Counted from the first letter of the whole stretch, positions 19,964 to 29,905 are shown. The stretch: DNA of 63,487 nucleotides, filler included, from Candidatus Woesearchaeota archaeon CG1_02_57_44 (GCA_001871415.1; 5 parts of 5 records of this genome joined end to end with filler, not necessarily neighbours in it); one strand, 5' to 3'. The notes: generated by a model from the sequence alone, not told the origin. Program-made: numbers and translations.

Positions 19964-21124
19964 TCACACCTCCTTCTTTCCCTGCGCCAGCAGCACAGGC
20001 CGCAGTACGGGCGGCGTCACCAGCGTCGTCGCCATGATGACGATGACCAGGATACCATACAACTCGGCGCTGATGATGCCTCCGGAAAGACCGATGGTGG
20101 CGAAGATAAGCCCGACTTCGCCACGAGGTATCATGCCGATACCCACGCCCAATCGGGAAGCAACCTTCTTCTGGCAGCCCCATCCGGAAACGAGCTTACT
20201 GATTATTGCGATGACGAACAGGATGCCGATGATTGGCAGCGCGCGCAAGCTCAAGGAATGCAAGTCTGTATGCGCCCCGGCCATGATGAAGAACATCGGT
20301 ACGAACAGGTCAGAGACCGGCGCGATACGTCTGATGATATGCTCCTTGCGCTCTGTGGTCTCCAGCACCAGGCCCGCCGCGAACGAGCCGACGATAGTGG
20401 CCAGGCCGATGAGATTGGCCAGCACCGCGAGGATGAAGGCGAACGCGACACTGGCAGAGATCAGCGCGCCGCGCACCTGCATGGAATGGACATATTTGAA
20501 GATGGTCTCTGCGTAGCGGATGCCTATCCACGTCGTGAGCACCAGGAAGAGCATGGCAAAGACAATGCTCCGGGCGATGACGCTCACCTGCACTGAGCCC
20601 ACCTGTATCATGGAGACCAGGACAGAGAGGATGATGAGGCCGATAATATCATCAATTACTGCCGCGCCCAAGATCACCCTGCCTTCAGGAGAATCCACTT
20701 TCTTGATATCGCCAAGCACCCGTATCGTCACACCGACGCTTGTCGCGGTGAGGGTCGCGCCCACAAAAAGCGATACCATCAACGTGTGACCCATGAAGTG
20801 GTAATACGCCCATCCCAGGATAAAAGGGATCAACACGCCGATGATGGCTACGCGGAACGAGTTCCATCCTACCTTGAGCATCTTGACCAGGTTGGATTCC
20901 AGACCGACCTCAAAGAGCAGGAGGATGACACCGACCTCAGCCAGGAACTTGAGGATCTCGTTGGTCGGGTCGATGAACCCGAGCAGGGATGGGCCAAGCA
21001 GCACACCGACCAGCAGCTCGCCAAGGACCGCGCTCTGCCTGAACTTCTCGAAGAGCTCGCCAGCAAGCTTGGCGGTGATGAGGATTATGACCACACGGAC
21101 CAGGGCATCGATAATGAGTTCCAT
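19964..21124 (-). CDS. Cation:proton antiporter (CPA2/NapA type)
   Basis: VLGELLVGVLLGPS, LLFEVGLE, ATSVG, AAVIDD and GMIPRGEV motifs. Confidence 0.93.
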   Translation of the reverse strand: MELIIDALVRVVIILITAKLAGELFEKFRQSAVLGELLVGVLLGPSLLGFIDPTNEILKFLAEVGVILLLFEVGLESNLVKMLKVGWNSFRVAIIGVLIPFILGWAYYHFMGHTLMVSLFVGATLTATSVGVTIRVLGDIKKVDSPEGRVILGAAVIDDIIGLIILSVLVSMIQVGSVQVSVIARSIVFAMLFLVLTTWIGIRYAETIFKYVHSMQVRGALISASVAFAFILAVLANLIGLATIVGSFAAGLVLETTERKEHIIRRIAPVSDLFVPMFFIMAGAHTDLHSLSLRALPIIGILFVIAIISKLVSGWGCQKKVASRLGVGIGMIPRGEVGLIFATIGLSGGIISAELYGILVIVIMATTLVTPPVLRPVLLAQGKKEV

Positions 21125-21175
21125 AGCAGGTCCAGAATCCAAATGCTTTTATAATAATTTTCGTTCTATACCCCT

Positions 21176-21607
21176 ATGCGCGTCATCATCGGCTCAGACC
21201 ATGCCGGATTCCAGGCAAAGCAGCAGCTCACCCAGCACCTGCAGGACCAGGGCCACGAAGTAGAAGACCTTGGCACCCATACAGAGGAATCCTGCGATTA
21301 CCCGCTCATCGCCAAGGCGGTCGCTCAGAAAGCGGTCGCGGAACACGCCTTTGGCATCCTCATCTGCGGCACAGGCATCGGCATGTGCATGGCGGCCAAT
21401 AAGGTCACTGGCGCAAGAGCGGCGCTGCCATACAGCACCGAGACCGCGACGCTCGCCAGGGAGCATAACAACGCGACTATCCTATGCCTTGGCGCGCGCA
21501 CCATGACAGACAAGCAGCGCGAACAGTACACAGACTTTTTCTTACGCACGCCCTTCTCAGGCGATGAACGACACGCGAAGCGGGTTGCTCAGGTCGACGC
21601 TATCTGA
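21176..21607 (+). CDS. rpiB: Ribose-5-phosphate isomerase B
   Basis: GSDHAG, DYP, CGTGIG, ANKV and REHNNA motifs. Confidence 0.96.
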   Translation: MRVIIGSDHAGFQAKQQLTQHLQDQGHEVEDLGTHTEESCDYPLIAKAVAQKAVAEHAFGILICGTGIGMCMAANKVTGARAALPYSTETATLAREHNNATILCLGARTMTDKQREQYTDFFLRTPFSGDERHAKRVAQVDAI

Positions 21608-21719
21608 GCAACGCTTTGTGTCCAACCCATCCCCCTGCTCTTATTCCCTGCACCTCACACCAGCTCTTGTGCACAACTGTCGTCATGAACCATGCTATGC
21701 CATTAGCCACCATCAACGC

Positions 21720-21763
21720 AACAGACTGTAACAAACAAGCATCCCATAACAGACTGTAACAAA
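21720..21763 (+). repeat. 16-bp direct repeat AACAGACTGTAACAAA x2 (period 28)
   Basis: Copies at 21720-21735 and 21748-21763; the core ACAG-A-CTGT is palindromic. Confidence 0.75.
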
Positions 21764-21792
21764 AAAGCCTTCCGCAATAAATAGGTATTAAA

Positions 21793-22959
21793 ATGCTCAC
21801 GTTTTTCTGGCAGCGCATGCATGAAGACCCTCGTATCGATGAACTAGCAGCCCGCGTGTTCGTCGGTATTGGCAATGAGTACCGTGCCATCCTCATGGGA
21901 CACGCGCTCAAGGCCGAACCCTGGTCGGTCGATCGTATGCGCGACATCTGGACCAGCGCGGGATTACCCAAGCCCGACAGAAAAGTCATCGAGTCACACC
22001 TAGAGCTACTCACCGACGCAGGACTTGCCCGACGAACCCGCGCAAGCGCCTATCAGATCGACGGCGATGGGCAAGAATACGGCAGGCCCGCGGCGAAGCA
22101 TCTGCTTGCGATATTGTCCGGACAATCCGATATGCCTTCAACCATGCGCAGCTGGTTAGGACTCCCTCAACAGCAAGGCATCTACACGACCGCGGTCATG
22201 CTGTATCATCTCGTGGGCAGCGACATACCAAATGATGCAAGGCAGGACGAGGAACCTGAAGAGCCGCCTGAACCTCTCGCTTTCGCGCTCACGCAGAGGG
22301 AAATCGAACGCGCGACCCCAATGAATATCAGGTGGGCCCTGCTGGTCGATCAGGCATGTAGAAGCCTCCCTCCAGAGCGAGAGCACAACCCTGCCCCTGA
22401 TACGCAACCAAGACCATCGTACACTCTGCAGCAGCTGGCGGACCTTGTCAACATCTCCCCAGGCAACGCAGGAAGGAGAATCGTCACCTGGCAACAACAG
22501 GGATTGGTGGAGTATCAACGTCTGGATACAGCCCATGGCGAGCGCATCAGCTTCTCCTGGAACGGAAAGCAATACCGCGACGGCGACCTGACAGGACCAC
22601 GAAAAGAATATCATGTGGCAGCGTGCATAGCAGCCCATAGACACGAGCTGCCCGCAACATTCACCTCCACCCATGTACATGAGCTGGCGGGCATCACTGG
22701 CGCCCAGAGCGCCGCCACCATCAACCGCGCCATCCGCCTGCTGGAAACAGAGGGATACATAGCACGCGAAGGCGACTGGCATGGCCATAAGCAATACTCG
22801 CGTATCAGTCTGACCGACAAAGGCATGGCGCTTGCGCAAAGCATCTTCGTCCCCATCATGCATCTGTGCGAAGGCAAGGATGTCTCGCTGGATGCCATGA
22901 ACATGGCACAGCTGCACGCCTATATGCCCCGGCTCATGAACAAACCATCCCGATTGTAG
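21793..22959 (+). CDS. Hypothetical protein with several winged-helix-like segments
   Basis: Three HTH/wing-like stretches: HLELLTDAGLA, LQQLADLVNISPGNAGRRIVTWQQQGLVE and TINRAIRLLETEGYI..SLTDKG. Confidence 0.65.
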   Translation: MLTFFWQRMHEDPRIDELAARVFVGIGNEYRAILMGHALKAEPWSVDRMRDIWTSAGLPKPDRKVIESHLELLTDAGLARRTRASAYQIDGDGQEYGRPAAKHLLAILSGQSDMPSTMRSWLGLPQQQGIYTTAVMLYHLVGSDIPNDARQDEEPEEPPEPLAFALTQREIERATPMNIRWALLVDQACRSLPPEREHNPAPDTQPRPSYTLQQLADLVNISPGNAGRRIVTWQQQGLVEYQRLDTAHGERISFSWNGKQYRDGDLTGPRKEYHVAACIAAHRHELPATFTSTHVHELAGITGAQSAATINRAIRLLETEGYIAREGDWHGHKQYSRISLTDKGMALAQSIFVPIMHLCEGKDVSLDAMNMAQLHAYMPRLMNKPSRL

Positions 22960-24746
22960 CCTAGCCTGCGATAGTACTCACGCACGCCGATGCCTGATAT
23001 CACCACGACTTTCTGCTTGTGATGCTCTCGCGCGATACCTTCTGCCAGGCCCAGCAGCGCCTTTCCTATGCCGCGATGCTGCACCGCGCCACTGAAGACT
23101 CCTTCATCACCGAGCGGCACGGCCTCGCCATAGACGTGCAGCTCGCGCACGATGGCCGCGCCCTTGAGCTCAGGCAGCAGTTCCTGACCAGGCAGGCGCA
23201 GACGACAAAAGCCCAGCAGCAGATCCTGCGTCGTATCTTCAGCAGCGATGAAAAACTCTACGCCACCTGACGCCTCATACGACATGGTACGATAGGTGAT
23301 CGACTCAGGATGCTTTCCTTTCGGCTCCCGGTCGCGGATGTCACGGCTCTGAATGGACTTATCCCTTCGTTCCTGCTCGACATACTGTCGCAGATTCGTC
23401 TTGTCGACACCCGCCTCGACGAGAAAACTGGGGATGTCGCGCTGCACCCGCATGATGCGACACCAGTCCGGGACATGACGCGTCCCCTCGGCGATGATAG
23501 ACGCGGCCTCCTTCGTCGTCAATGGCGCGTACTTGCCCCGCTTCCATTGCTGATAGAGGGATGTACCAGGAAAGACCATGCAAGGATATATCTTGAGCGA
23601 ATCTGGCATCCAGTCAGGATTATTGAACAAGTCTTTGAACACCGCCGCGTCCATCTCCTTGGTGACGCCCGGCAAGCCGAGCATGATATGGTAGGTCAAC
23701 TTGAATCCCAGGTCACGCAGGATGCGGCTGGAATCCCTACTGTCCTGCAATGTGTGCCCCCGATTGGTCAGGCGCAGTGGCTCGTCATAGAGCGTCTGGA
23801 TGCCCAACTCGATGCGCGTCGTCCCCTGCCGCAACATCTCAAGCCCATGCTCCAGCAGACCCCAGTCCGGTTTGGTCTCGATGGCGAGCGCAACGCAACG
23901 CACGCCAGCAGTCTCATTGCGACGCTGTTCGCGCAGCAGCGGGGATGAGGAATCTGCGATACCATTGCTTCGCCCATCAGGTTCTTCTGTGCCGGCAGCA
24001 TCTCGCCCCACACCTTGCTCTTTCAGCTCCAGCAACCGCGCTCTGATGCGCTGCCCACGCTGCTCGTCCTTCACAGAACCAGGCAGCTCGAAAAATGCCT
24101 TGAACTTCGCGTAATCCGGTTGTTCCCCCCGCAGGAACAGGTCACCAAAATCATCCATCGCTTTCAGGCAATCAGTGATTATCCCATCCTGCTCTGTTTT
24201 GTCCATCGCGGGAAAGGTGCCACCCTGGATGATAAGCTCCGCCTTGCCCGGGTAATGCCCAGCAGCGACGAGATGCTCGAGACGATTCATGACAATCAAG
24301 TACGGGTCATAGCTGTTGCGGATAGCACGCATAGTGCTCGGCTCCTTGCCGGTGTAGCTTTGCGGCGTATCACCAAAGACACTTCCTGGCCCGCCCGGAC
24401 AATAGGTGCACCTGCCGTGCGGGCAGGCGCGCGGCGGGACCATGACCGCTATTGGCGCCACGCCTGATTGTGTACGGATGGGCTTGGTCTGCAGCAGCAT
24501 ACGCGCACGTCCGATGAGCTCAGGAGGACAATGCAAAAAGAGCTCGATGTCAGAAGGTATCTTACCGAGCCCATACTTCTTCGAGAGATGGATCTTATTA
24601 TGCTGGATCGTCTCAGAGCATCCTGCAGATGCGTTCTCCGGACTGCTCAGCAGTTCTTCGCAGACGCGCGCGAGCAGCGACGCTGCAGGATGAACCTGAG
24701 TAGAGTCGGTCTGCTTCACGGGGGGCTCTGATGCGTGCTGTACCAT
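22920..24746 (-). CDS. elp3: Elp3 tRNA uridine(34) acetyltransferase (radical SAM plus KAT domain)
   Basis: CPHGRCTYCPGG, QSYTG.EP, ETKPD, LKIYP, RVQRDIP, VRELHVYG, QHRGIG and ISGIGVREYY motifs. Confidence 0.96.
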   Translation of the reverse strand: MVQHASEPPVKQTDSTQVHPAASLLARVCEELLSSPENASAGCSETIQHNKIHLSKKYGLGKIPSDIELFLHCPPELIGRARMLLQTKPIRTQSGVAPIAVMVPPRACPHGRCTYCPGGPGSVFGDTPQSYTGKEPSTMRAIRNSYDPYLIVMNRLEHLVAAGHYPGKAELIIQGGTFPAMDKTEQDGIITDCLKAMDDFGDLFLRGEQPDYAKFKAFFELPGSVKDEQRGQRIRARLLELKEQGVGRDAAGTEEPDGRSNGIADSSSPLLREQRRNETAGVRCVALAIETKPDWGLLEHGLEMLRQGTTRIELGIQTLYDEPLRLTNRGHTLQDSRDSSRILRDLGFKLTYHIMLGLPGVTKEMDAAVFKDLFNNPDWMPDSLKIYPCMVFPGTSLYQQWKRGKYAPLTTKEAASIIAEGTRHVPDWCRIMRVQRDIPSFLVEAGVDKTNLRQYVEQERRDKSIQSRDIRDREPKGKHPESITYRTMSYEASGGVEFFIAAEDTTQDLLLGFCRLRLPGQELLPELKGAAIVRELHVYGEAVPLGDEGVFSGAVQHRGIGKALLGLAEGIAREHHKQKVVVISGIGVREYYRRLGYNRDGLFMSRGI

Positions 24747-24843
24747 CAGACCCTGACAACAATCCATTCAGTTAAATGTCTTGCTGCTGACAATGTCGCC
24801 AAGAGAGACTGGCAGGTCAGAAGACATGACGCACACGAGCGCA

Positions 24844-25617
24844 TCACGCCACAGGAAGCTCCTGCACCTCAGGCTCAGCGCCGAACCCTTCCGGCAACGG
24901 AGATTCATCCAGCAGCTTGATGGTGATTTCACCAAATGGCACTTCCTGGATGAGCTCGATTCGTTGGGTATTTGACAAGTACAGCAATGGCAGGAGCGTT
25001 GTCACCTTGTCCTCTTTGGTCTTCCCCGACACCAGGCCCGAAAAAGTGATATCGCTCTTGCGACGGAAGAGTCCGATGATTTTGCCAAACAGGTTCTTGA
25101 CCAGCACGCCAATGTCGATCTTGTCCTCCGGCGCTTTCATGTTGACGGTCGGGGTCTGGCGCAATACCCTGCGCCGCTTGACTTCCAGGGCTTTCTGCAG
25201 TGCGCCCACAAGGTCGTGGATGGAGACCTTGCGCTTGCGCGGCTGCGGCGTTCGTGGACGCAGTGGAGGGATGCTACCTGGGTCCTCAAGGCGGCGTGGA
25301 CCTGCCTCTATCTCTTCAAAGAACGCATCCTCGTCAAACTCGGGCTGCGTCAGCAAGCGATCAAGCTCCTGGAGCCCCTGGCCAATCAGCGTCGTGCTCT
25401 TGATTTTCAGCATGATTGCCGCCGCGAGCAGGACCTTGCCGGACATCCTGAAATCGTGATCCTTAAGTTCGCGGATGCGCTCGAGATAACGCTTAGCGAT
25501 GAGCGTGACATCGATGTCAAAGGGATCCATTCCCTCTTTTCGCACCAGGTCATAGAGGATGCTCTGCCATGAGATGTCATCCTCATTGAGGACAATGGAC
25601 ATGATACGATCCTGCAT
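24844..25617 (-). CDS. scpA: Segregation/condensation protein A (kleisin)
   Basis: MDPFDIDV, SGKVLLAAAIMLKIKS, RKVSIHDLV.AL and LLYL...IEL.QE.PFGEI motifs. Confidence 0.88.
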   Translation of the reverse strand: MQDRIMSIVLNEDDISWQSILYDLVRKEGMDPFDIDVTLIAKRYLERIRELKDHDFRMSGKVLLAAAIMLKIKSTTLIGQGLQELDRLLTQPEFDEDAFFEEIEAGPRRLEDPGSIPPLRPRTPQPRKRKVSIHDLVGALQKALEVKRRRVLRQTPTVNMKAPEDKIDIGVLVKNLFGKIIGLFRRKSDITFSGLVSGKTKEDKVTTLLPLLYLSNTQRIELIQEVPFGEITIKLLDESPLPEGFGAEPEVQELPVA

Positions 25618-25719
25618 GGGTTTTTCTTGGGGGGTTCCCTATAAATAACTATTGGCTGGACGCTGGCAGAGGGATTCGCTGAAAGATTTATAAATCAGGG
25701 GGCAGTCCTTGGAACCTGC

Positions 25720-25792
25720 GGGCCTGTAGTCTAGTGGCTATGACGTCGCCTTCACACGGCGGAGGTCTCCGGTTCGAGTCCGGACAGGCCCA
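25720..25792 (+). tRNA. tRNA-Val (anticodon CAC)
   Basis: Cloverleaf with acceptor GGGCCTG/CAGGCCC, anticodon loop TTCACAC and T-loop TTCGAGT; TATA box TTTATAAA at 25687-25694; CCA not encoded. Confidence 0.95.
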
Positions 25793-26058
25793 TGTCTTTT
25801 CCCCTTCTGCAAGACCGGCCAGCTGAGCGAAGCGAACGCTGGCCTTGCTTTGATCGACCTTTTCACAAAAGGTCGCCGGACAGGCCCATGTCATTTTTGC
25901 GCATGAACTCCTCGAGTTCATTGCGTCGCCTTCACACGGCGGAGGTCTCCGGTTCGAGTCCGGGCGGATCCATCTCTGTCGCACGGAAAGGCAATGCCTT
26001 TGCATCGCGTCGCCTTCACACAGCAGCGGTCTTTGGCTCCAGTGCTCACACGCCCATA
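25793..26058 (+). repeat. Tandem array of tRNA-Val 3' fragments separated by hairpins
   Basis: CCGGACAGGCCCATGTC is repeated at 25876-25892; a near-exact copy of tRNA positions 25-73 lies at 25924-25972 and a degenerate copy at 26008-26056. Confidence 0.85.
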
Positions 26059-26090
26059 GCGCCCATCTTCAGGATCAGCTAGAAGCCATC

Positions 26091-26894
26091 TCATTCCACA
26101 CCCGCAAGTGTCCAGACCGAGCGTCGCGCGGGTGCTTCTGGAAAATCTTCTGGCCGGAAGATCCGCGTCGCTGCATCAGTCAGCTGCGCATCTATCGTCG
26201 ACACATATGCCTCCTCGTCAAGGACGGAGCGCTGTGGCCTGATATCGAGCAGTGCCCCTGGCTTGGCCAGGAGCGTACCGTAGCGTATAGGTGCCTGAAC
26301 AAATGCCTCGTCGCGGTCCAGTCGCTCGATGAGCTGCAGCTCCTGCATCGGTTTTCCTTCTGTGCGATCAGACAGATCAGCCCAATGCTGACCTTGGGCC
26401 ACCCAACCATAGAGCTGCGTCGCGAACCCGGTGACACAATGACCAGCGTAGGTGCCATGCACGCGGAAATCATCATGCCCGTCAATGAGCCCGAGGAAGC
26501 GGTCCCACTCCTTTGGCCTGACTTCGCCCCAGTAATGGATAAGTCCTCGCGAATCCGTATGCACAATCGATTCAACGCTGCGCAAATGGCGAAGCTCGAT
26601 GGGAAGATACCTCCCTGGTACCTGCACCACGATAGCAGCATCACTCGTCTTCGCTGTCTCCATGATCCGAGGCCAGTAGGCCGCATAAGCTCCAGCAACA
26701 AGGTGCGAGTTCCTGGCGAAATCCGGATGCACGATGATGTCCACGGTCAGGCCTTGGAGTCCTGATTCCCTTAAGTTTCTTGCTGTTTCCGGCAACCGCA
26801 GGCGATGTCCGGTCCGCAATACAGCGTCAAATAATTGGTTCCCATAAGCACGTCGAAAGACCGATACATTCAAAAAGGGAAAATATCTAATCAT
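26091..26894 (-). CDS. Hypothetical protein, possibly isochorismatase-like fold (start uncertain)
   Basis: IIVHPDF and VHGTYAGHCV segments; family call is weak. Confidence 0.55.
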   Translation of the reverse strand: MIRYFPFLNVSVFRRAYGNQLFDAVLRTGHRLRLPETARNLRESGLQGLTVDIIVHPDFARNSHLVAGAYAAYWPRIMETAKTSDAAIVVQVPGRYLPIELRHLRSVESIVHTDSRGLIHYWGEVRPKEWDRFLGLIDGHDDFRVHGTYAGHCVTGFATQLYGWVAQGQHWADLSDRTEGKPMQELQLIERLDRDEAFVQAPIRYGTLLAKPGALLDIRPQRSVLDEEAYVSTIDAQLTDAATRIFRPEDFPEAPARRSVWTLAGVE

Positions 26895-26897
26895 CCC

Positions 26898-27485
26898 ATG
26901 ATTGACAATATCTCGTTCCCCATCATCTTCCAGATGTTCGTCCTACTGAATCCCATGTCCTCCGTGCCCATCCTGCTCGCCGCTCATCGCAACAAGCTGG
27001 ATGTGCGACGCATCAGCATGCAAGCAGTGCTTGTCGCTTTCGCGGTCGCCGCAACAGTCGCCGTCCTCGGCCCTGTGCTGTTCACGGCGTTCAGCATCTC
27101 GGTCGACAGTTTCAGGATAGCCGGCGGCATCGTCCTTCTGCTGCTCGGCATCCAGACCGTCCGACCGGTGCCAAGGGACATCAGCAATGTCACAGAGGCG
27201 GACAGCATCTCGTCACTGATAGCCACACCCATGCTGACAGGACCCGCCACCATCTCCTACATCACAGTCAAGACCATCGACTTCGGCCGCGTCGCGGTGG
27301 TGGTGAACCTTACCGGCGCGTTCGTGCTCGTAGGGATCGCATTCTATGTTGCTTCTCGGACGATATCGCGCATCAATGTCAAGATTATCGACATCATCTC
27401 GCGCATCCTCGGGCTGTTCCTGACCGCTGTCGCCATCCAGATGATAGCCAATGGCATCGCGGGCATCATCCACAGCTGGGTGTGA
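26898..27485 (+). CDS. MarC-family membrane protein
   Basis: FVLLNPMSSVP, FRIAGGIVL, ATPMLTGPATI and RILGLFL.AVAIQ motifs. Confidence 0.92.
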   Translation: MIDNISFPIIFQMFVLLNPMSSVPILLAAHRNKLDVRRISMQAVLVAFAVAATVAVLGPVLFTAFSISVDSFRIAGGIVLLLLGIQTVRPVPRDISNVTEADSISSLIATPMLTGPATISYITVKTIDFGRVAVVVNLTGAFVLVGIAFYVASRTISRINVKIIDIISRILGLFLTAVAIQMIANGIAGIIHSWV

Positions 27486-27597
27486 GGCAGCATCATGGAC
27501 ACACATAGGGCTCCATGGCGCGGATGGACCCGGATGAGATAGTGCAGGATGCCCGACCACCGACGGCACGTTCACGGACCCACCTGATCCCATCAAT

Positions 27598-27643
27598 CTA
27601 CACAACCCCATTTACACAACCTACACAACCCCATTTACACAAC
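27598..27643 (+). repeat. 23-nt perfect tandem duplication CTACACAACCCCATTTACACAAC x2
   Basis: Copies at 27598-27620 and 27621-27643; the sub-unit TACACAACC occurs four times. Confidence 0.85.
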
Positions 27644-27740
27644 CACATGGTCGTGAATACATAATAAAACCAAATCTATAACCCCTCAACAGTGGAAATA
27701 CATAAATAGCCCATGAGAATACCGGGGTCTGGGGTCAACT

Positions 27741-29159
27741 ATGAAAACACACGCACTACTCGTAATTGGACTATTGCTTTTTGTGCCCATCGCCATGGCT
27801 CAGCCATTCCTCTACTGGAGCATGCCGGTACCGGATGACCTGCAGTGCCAGAGTACGTACTCCACGCAACAGCAATTCATCGCTGACAGGGAAGTGGTGC
27901 GCGCTGGAGAATCTTGCACAGATACTGCGCGCGTCGTTGTGTTCGAATGCAAGTTCAATGATTGCTCCAACCTTGAGGAGACCACCTACGGCTACAAGGT
28001 CCGCGGCGTCGCCCCTGAGTTCAGGGGATTCGTCTCGGGCAACAAGTATGTCTATAAGTGCGCAACCTGCCCTGAAGATACCTTCACGCAGCCCACGCAA
28101 CCCCTGCCCCCGGGGACCTGCGATGGCTGCCAACAGACCAGCAGTTGCCCGATTGTTGTGCGTGAGGGAGAAACAGTCAACATCAGATGGATTTCCTCAG
28201 ACCCTGATTCAGATATCGGACCACAGGGACGCCTGACCTACGCCTATGAGGGCACAGTCGGCGCTGATGGCACTTGGGTGACCCAGAAGGGCGATGCTGG
28301 CATCCACTACGCAAAGGCAAGGGTCTATGACGGAGAGTACTGGGACGAGACGGACCTTTGCATCGAAGTGCTGCGCGTCAATGAGCCAGCGAGACTGAAC
28401 CTCGCCACCAATGATGTGTATGTACGCGAGGGCGATGTCGCGAATATTGACGCGACCTGCTCTGACCCGGACGGCGATTCCACCACCCTGAGCTTCTCGG
28501 GCTGGATGAACTCGCCCGCCAAGCAGACCACCTACTTCGACGCTGGTGTGCATGACGTACTGGTCAGTTGCCTTGACCCAAGCAACCAGGGCATCACCCA
28601 GACGGTCCGCATACATGTGGAAGATGTCAACCAGAAGCCTGAGCTCGCCATCACAGACAGGAACATCACGGTGTCAGAAGGCGAGCCAGTCTACATTGGC
28701 GCGACCTGCATCGATCCTGACGGCGACAAGACCACCATCACCTACACAGGATGGATGGACTCGAACACCAAGACAGCCACCAACAAGGACGCTGGATTAC
28801 AGGAGACCACGGTCACCTGCGAGGACGGCAAAGGTGGCATCGATAGCAAGACCGTCACGGTCAATGTCATCAATGTGAATCACCCAGCGGTGCTTGACGT
28901 TCCTGCCGAAGTCACGGTGCATGAGACCGAGACGGTCATCGTCGAGGCCCACTGCTCTGACCCGGACGGCGATCCGACCAGCATCAGCTACGGCGGATGG
29001 ATGAGCACCAGCAGCAAGCAGACAGGCTATGACGACGCAGGCGACTACGATGTCACGGTCAGCTGCGTAGACCCTGCGGGACAGGGCCAGACCAAGCTTG
29101 TCAGCGTGCATGTCCTGAACAAGAATCGGCCACCGCAGATAACGTGGGAGCAGGTATAA
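27741..29159 (+). CDS. Secreted protein with Cys-rich N-domain and four Ig-like (PKD/cadherin-like) repeats
   Basis: Signal peptide, then about 82-aa repeats of V.EGE...DPDGD...Y.GWM.S...T.Y.DAG...V.V.C; followed by a T-rich tract at 29169-29200. Confidence 0.8.
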   Translation: MKTHALLVIGLLLFVPIAMAQPFLYWSMPVPDDLQCQSTYSTQQQFIADREVVRAGESCTDTARVVVFECKFNDCSNLEETTYGYKVRGVAPEFRGFVSGNKYVYKCATCPEDTFTQPTQPLPPGTCDGCQQTSSCPIVVREGETVNIRWISSDPDSDIGPQGRLTYAYEGTVGADGTWVTQKGDAGIHYAKARVYDGEYWDETDLCIEVLRVNEPARLNLATNDVYVREGDVANIDATCSDPDGDSTTLSFSGWMNSPAKQTTYFDAGVHDVLVSCLDPSNQGITQTVRIHVEDVNQKPELAITDRNITVSEGEPVYIGATCIDPDGDKTTITYTGWMDSNTKTATNKDAGLQETTVTCEDGKGGIDSKTVTVNVINVNHPAVLDVPAEVTVHETETVIVEAHCSDPDGDPTSISYGGWMSTSSKQTGYDDAGDYDVTVSCVDPAGQGQTKLVSVHVLNKNRPPQITWEQV

Positions 29160-29257
29160 GCCTGCCCATTTTTTCTTTTTCCTCTTTCTCTTTTTTTCCT
29201 GTCGCTTGTCGCAGACATGAAGAAAGATTCAAATAGGATACCTGCGCAAGGCGGACC

Positions 29258-29332
29258 ATGGGGAAGAAAAAAGACCCTGGCGCACTCTCTATCCTAGGCT
29301 GGTACGGTTTTGTCATCCTGACCATCCTGTTA
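29258..29332 (+). CDS. 5' fragment of a membrane protein, truncated by the gap
   Basis: MGKKKDPGALSILGWYGFVILTILL runs into N. Confidence 0.4.
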
Positions 29333-29432
29333 NNNNNNNNNNNNNNNNNNNNNNNNNNNNNNNNNNNNNNNNNNNNTTAATTAATTAANNNNNNNNNNNN
29401 NNNNNNNNNNNNNNNNNNNNNNNNNNNNNNNN
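29333..29432. other. Artificial contig linker
   Basis: N44-TTAATTAATTAA-N44 (stops in all frames), identical at four places. Confidence 0.97.
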
Positions 29433-29845
29433 GCTATCGCGCCAAGGGCTCCCACATGAAGCTCGTGCACATCGGCGAGGCCTCAGCCATTGCCGCAGCA
29501 TCCTTGCTTGGCTCCAGCGCCATTGTCATCGACGAGCGCACGACGCGCATGATGCTCGAGGCGCCCGAGTCCCTGCGCCAGCTCATGCAAAAGCGCCTGC
29601 ACACAAGAGTTGAGCTCGACCGCCAGCAATTACGGCGGCTGCAGGACATGACCAGAGGCATCGGCATCATCCGCTCCGCCGAGCTCGCGTTCATCGCCGT
29701 GGAGAAGGGCGTCGTCGACCATCTCAAGCTTGAGCACGACACGGGCAAGATGCTCTGCGAGGCGGCCTTGTGGGGCGTGAAGTTCGCTGGCTGCAGCATC
29801 AGCGAGAATGAGATAGGTCAGGCCGTGATGATGCTGAAGGCGTGA
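29433..29845 (+). CDS. 3' part of a PIN-like domain protein
   Basis: GEASAIAAA...IVIDERTTR matches the PIN acidic motifs; the 5' end is lost in the gap. Confidence 0.65.
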
Positions 29846-29855
29846 GGCCGCAACC

Positions 29856-29905
29856 CTTATATATTACCATAAACATGGTAAACATTTACCAGTAAAGTGG
29901 TAAAT
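29856..29905 (+). promoter_or_regulatory. TATA box plus tandem palindromic operator TTACCA-N6-TGGTAA x2
   Basis: CTTATATA at 29856-29863; palindromes at 29864-29881 and 29886-29903, immediately before ATG 29906. Confidence 0.75.

Noticed and set aside
25793..26058. CRISPR array
   Set aside because: Repeats are tRNA-derived, unequal and degenerate, and no cas genes are present in the window.
25688..26082. ORFs with an internal repeat (RPDSNRRPPPCEGD)
   Set aside because: Translations of the tRNA and its duplicated fragments.
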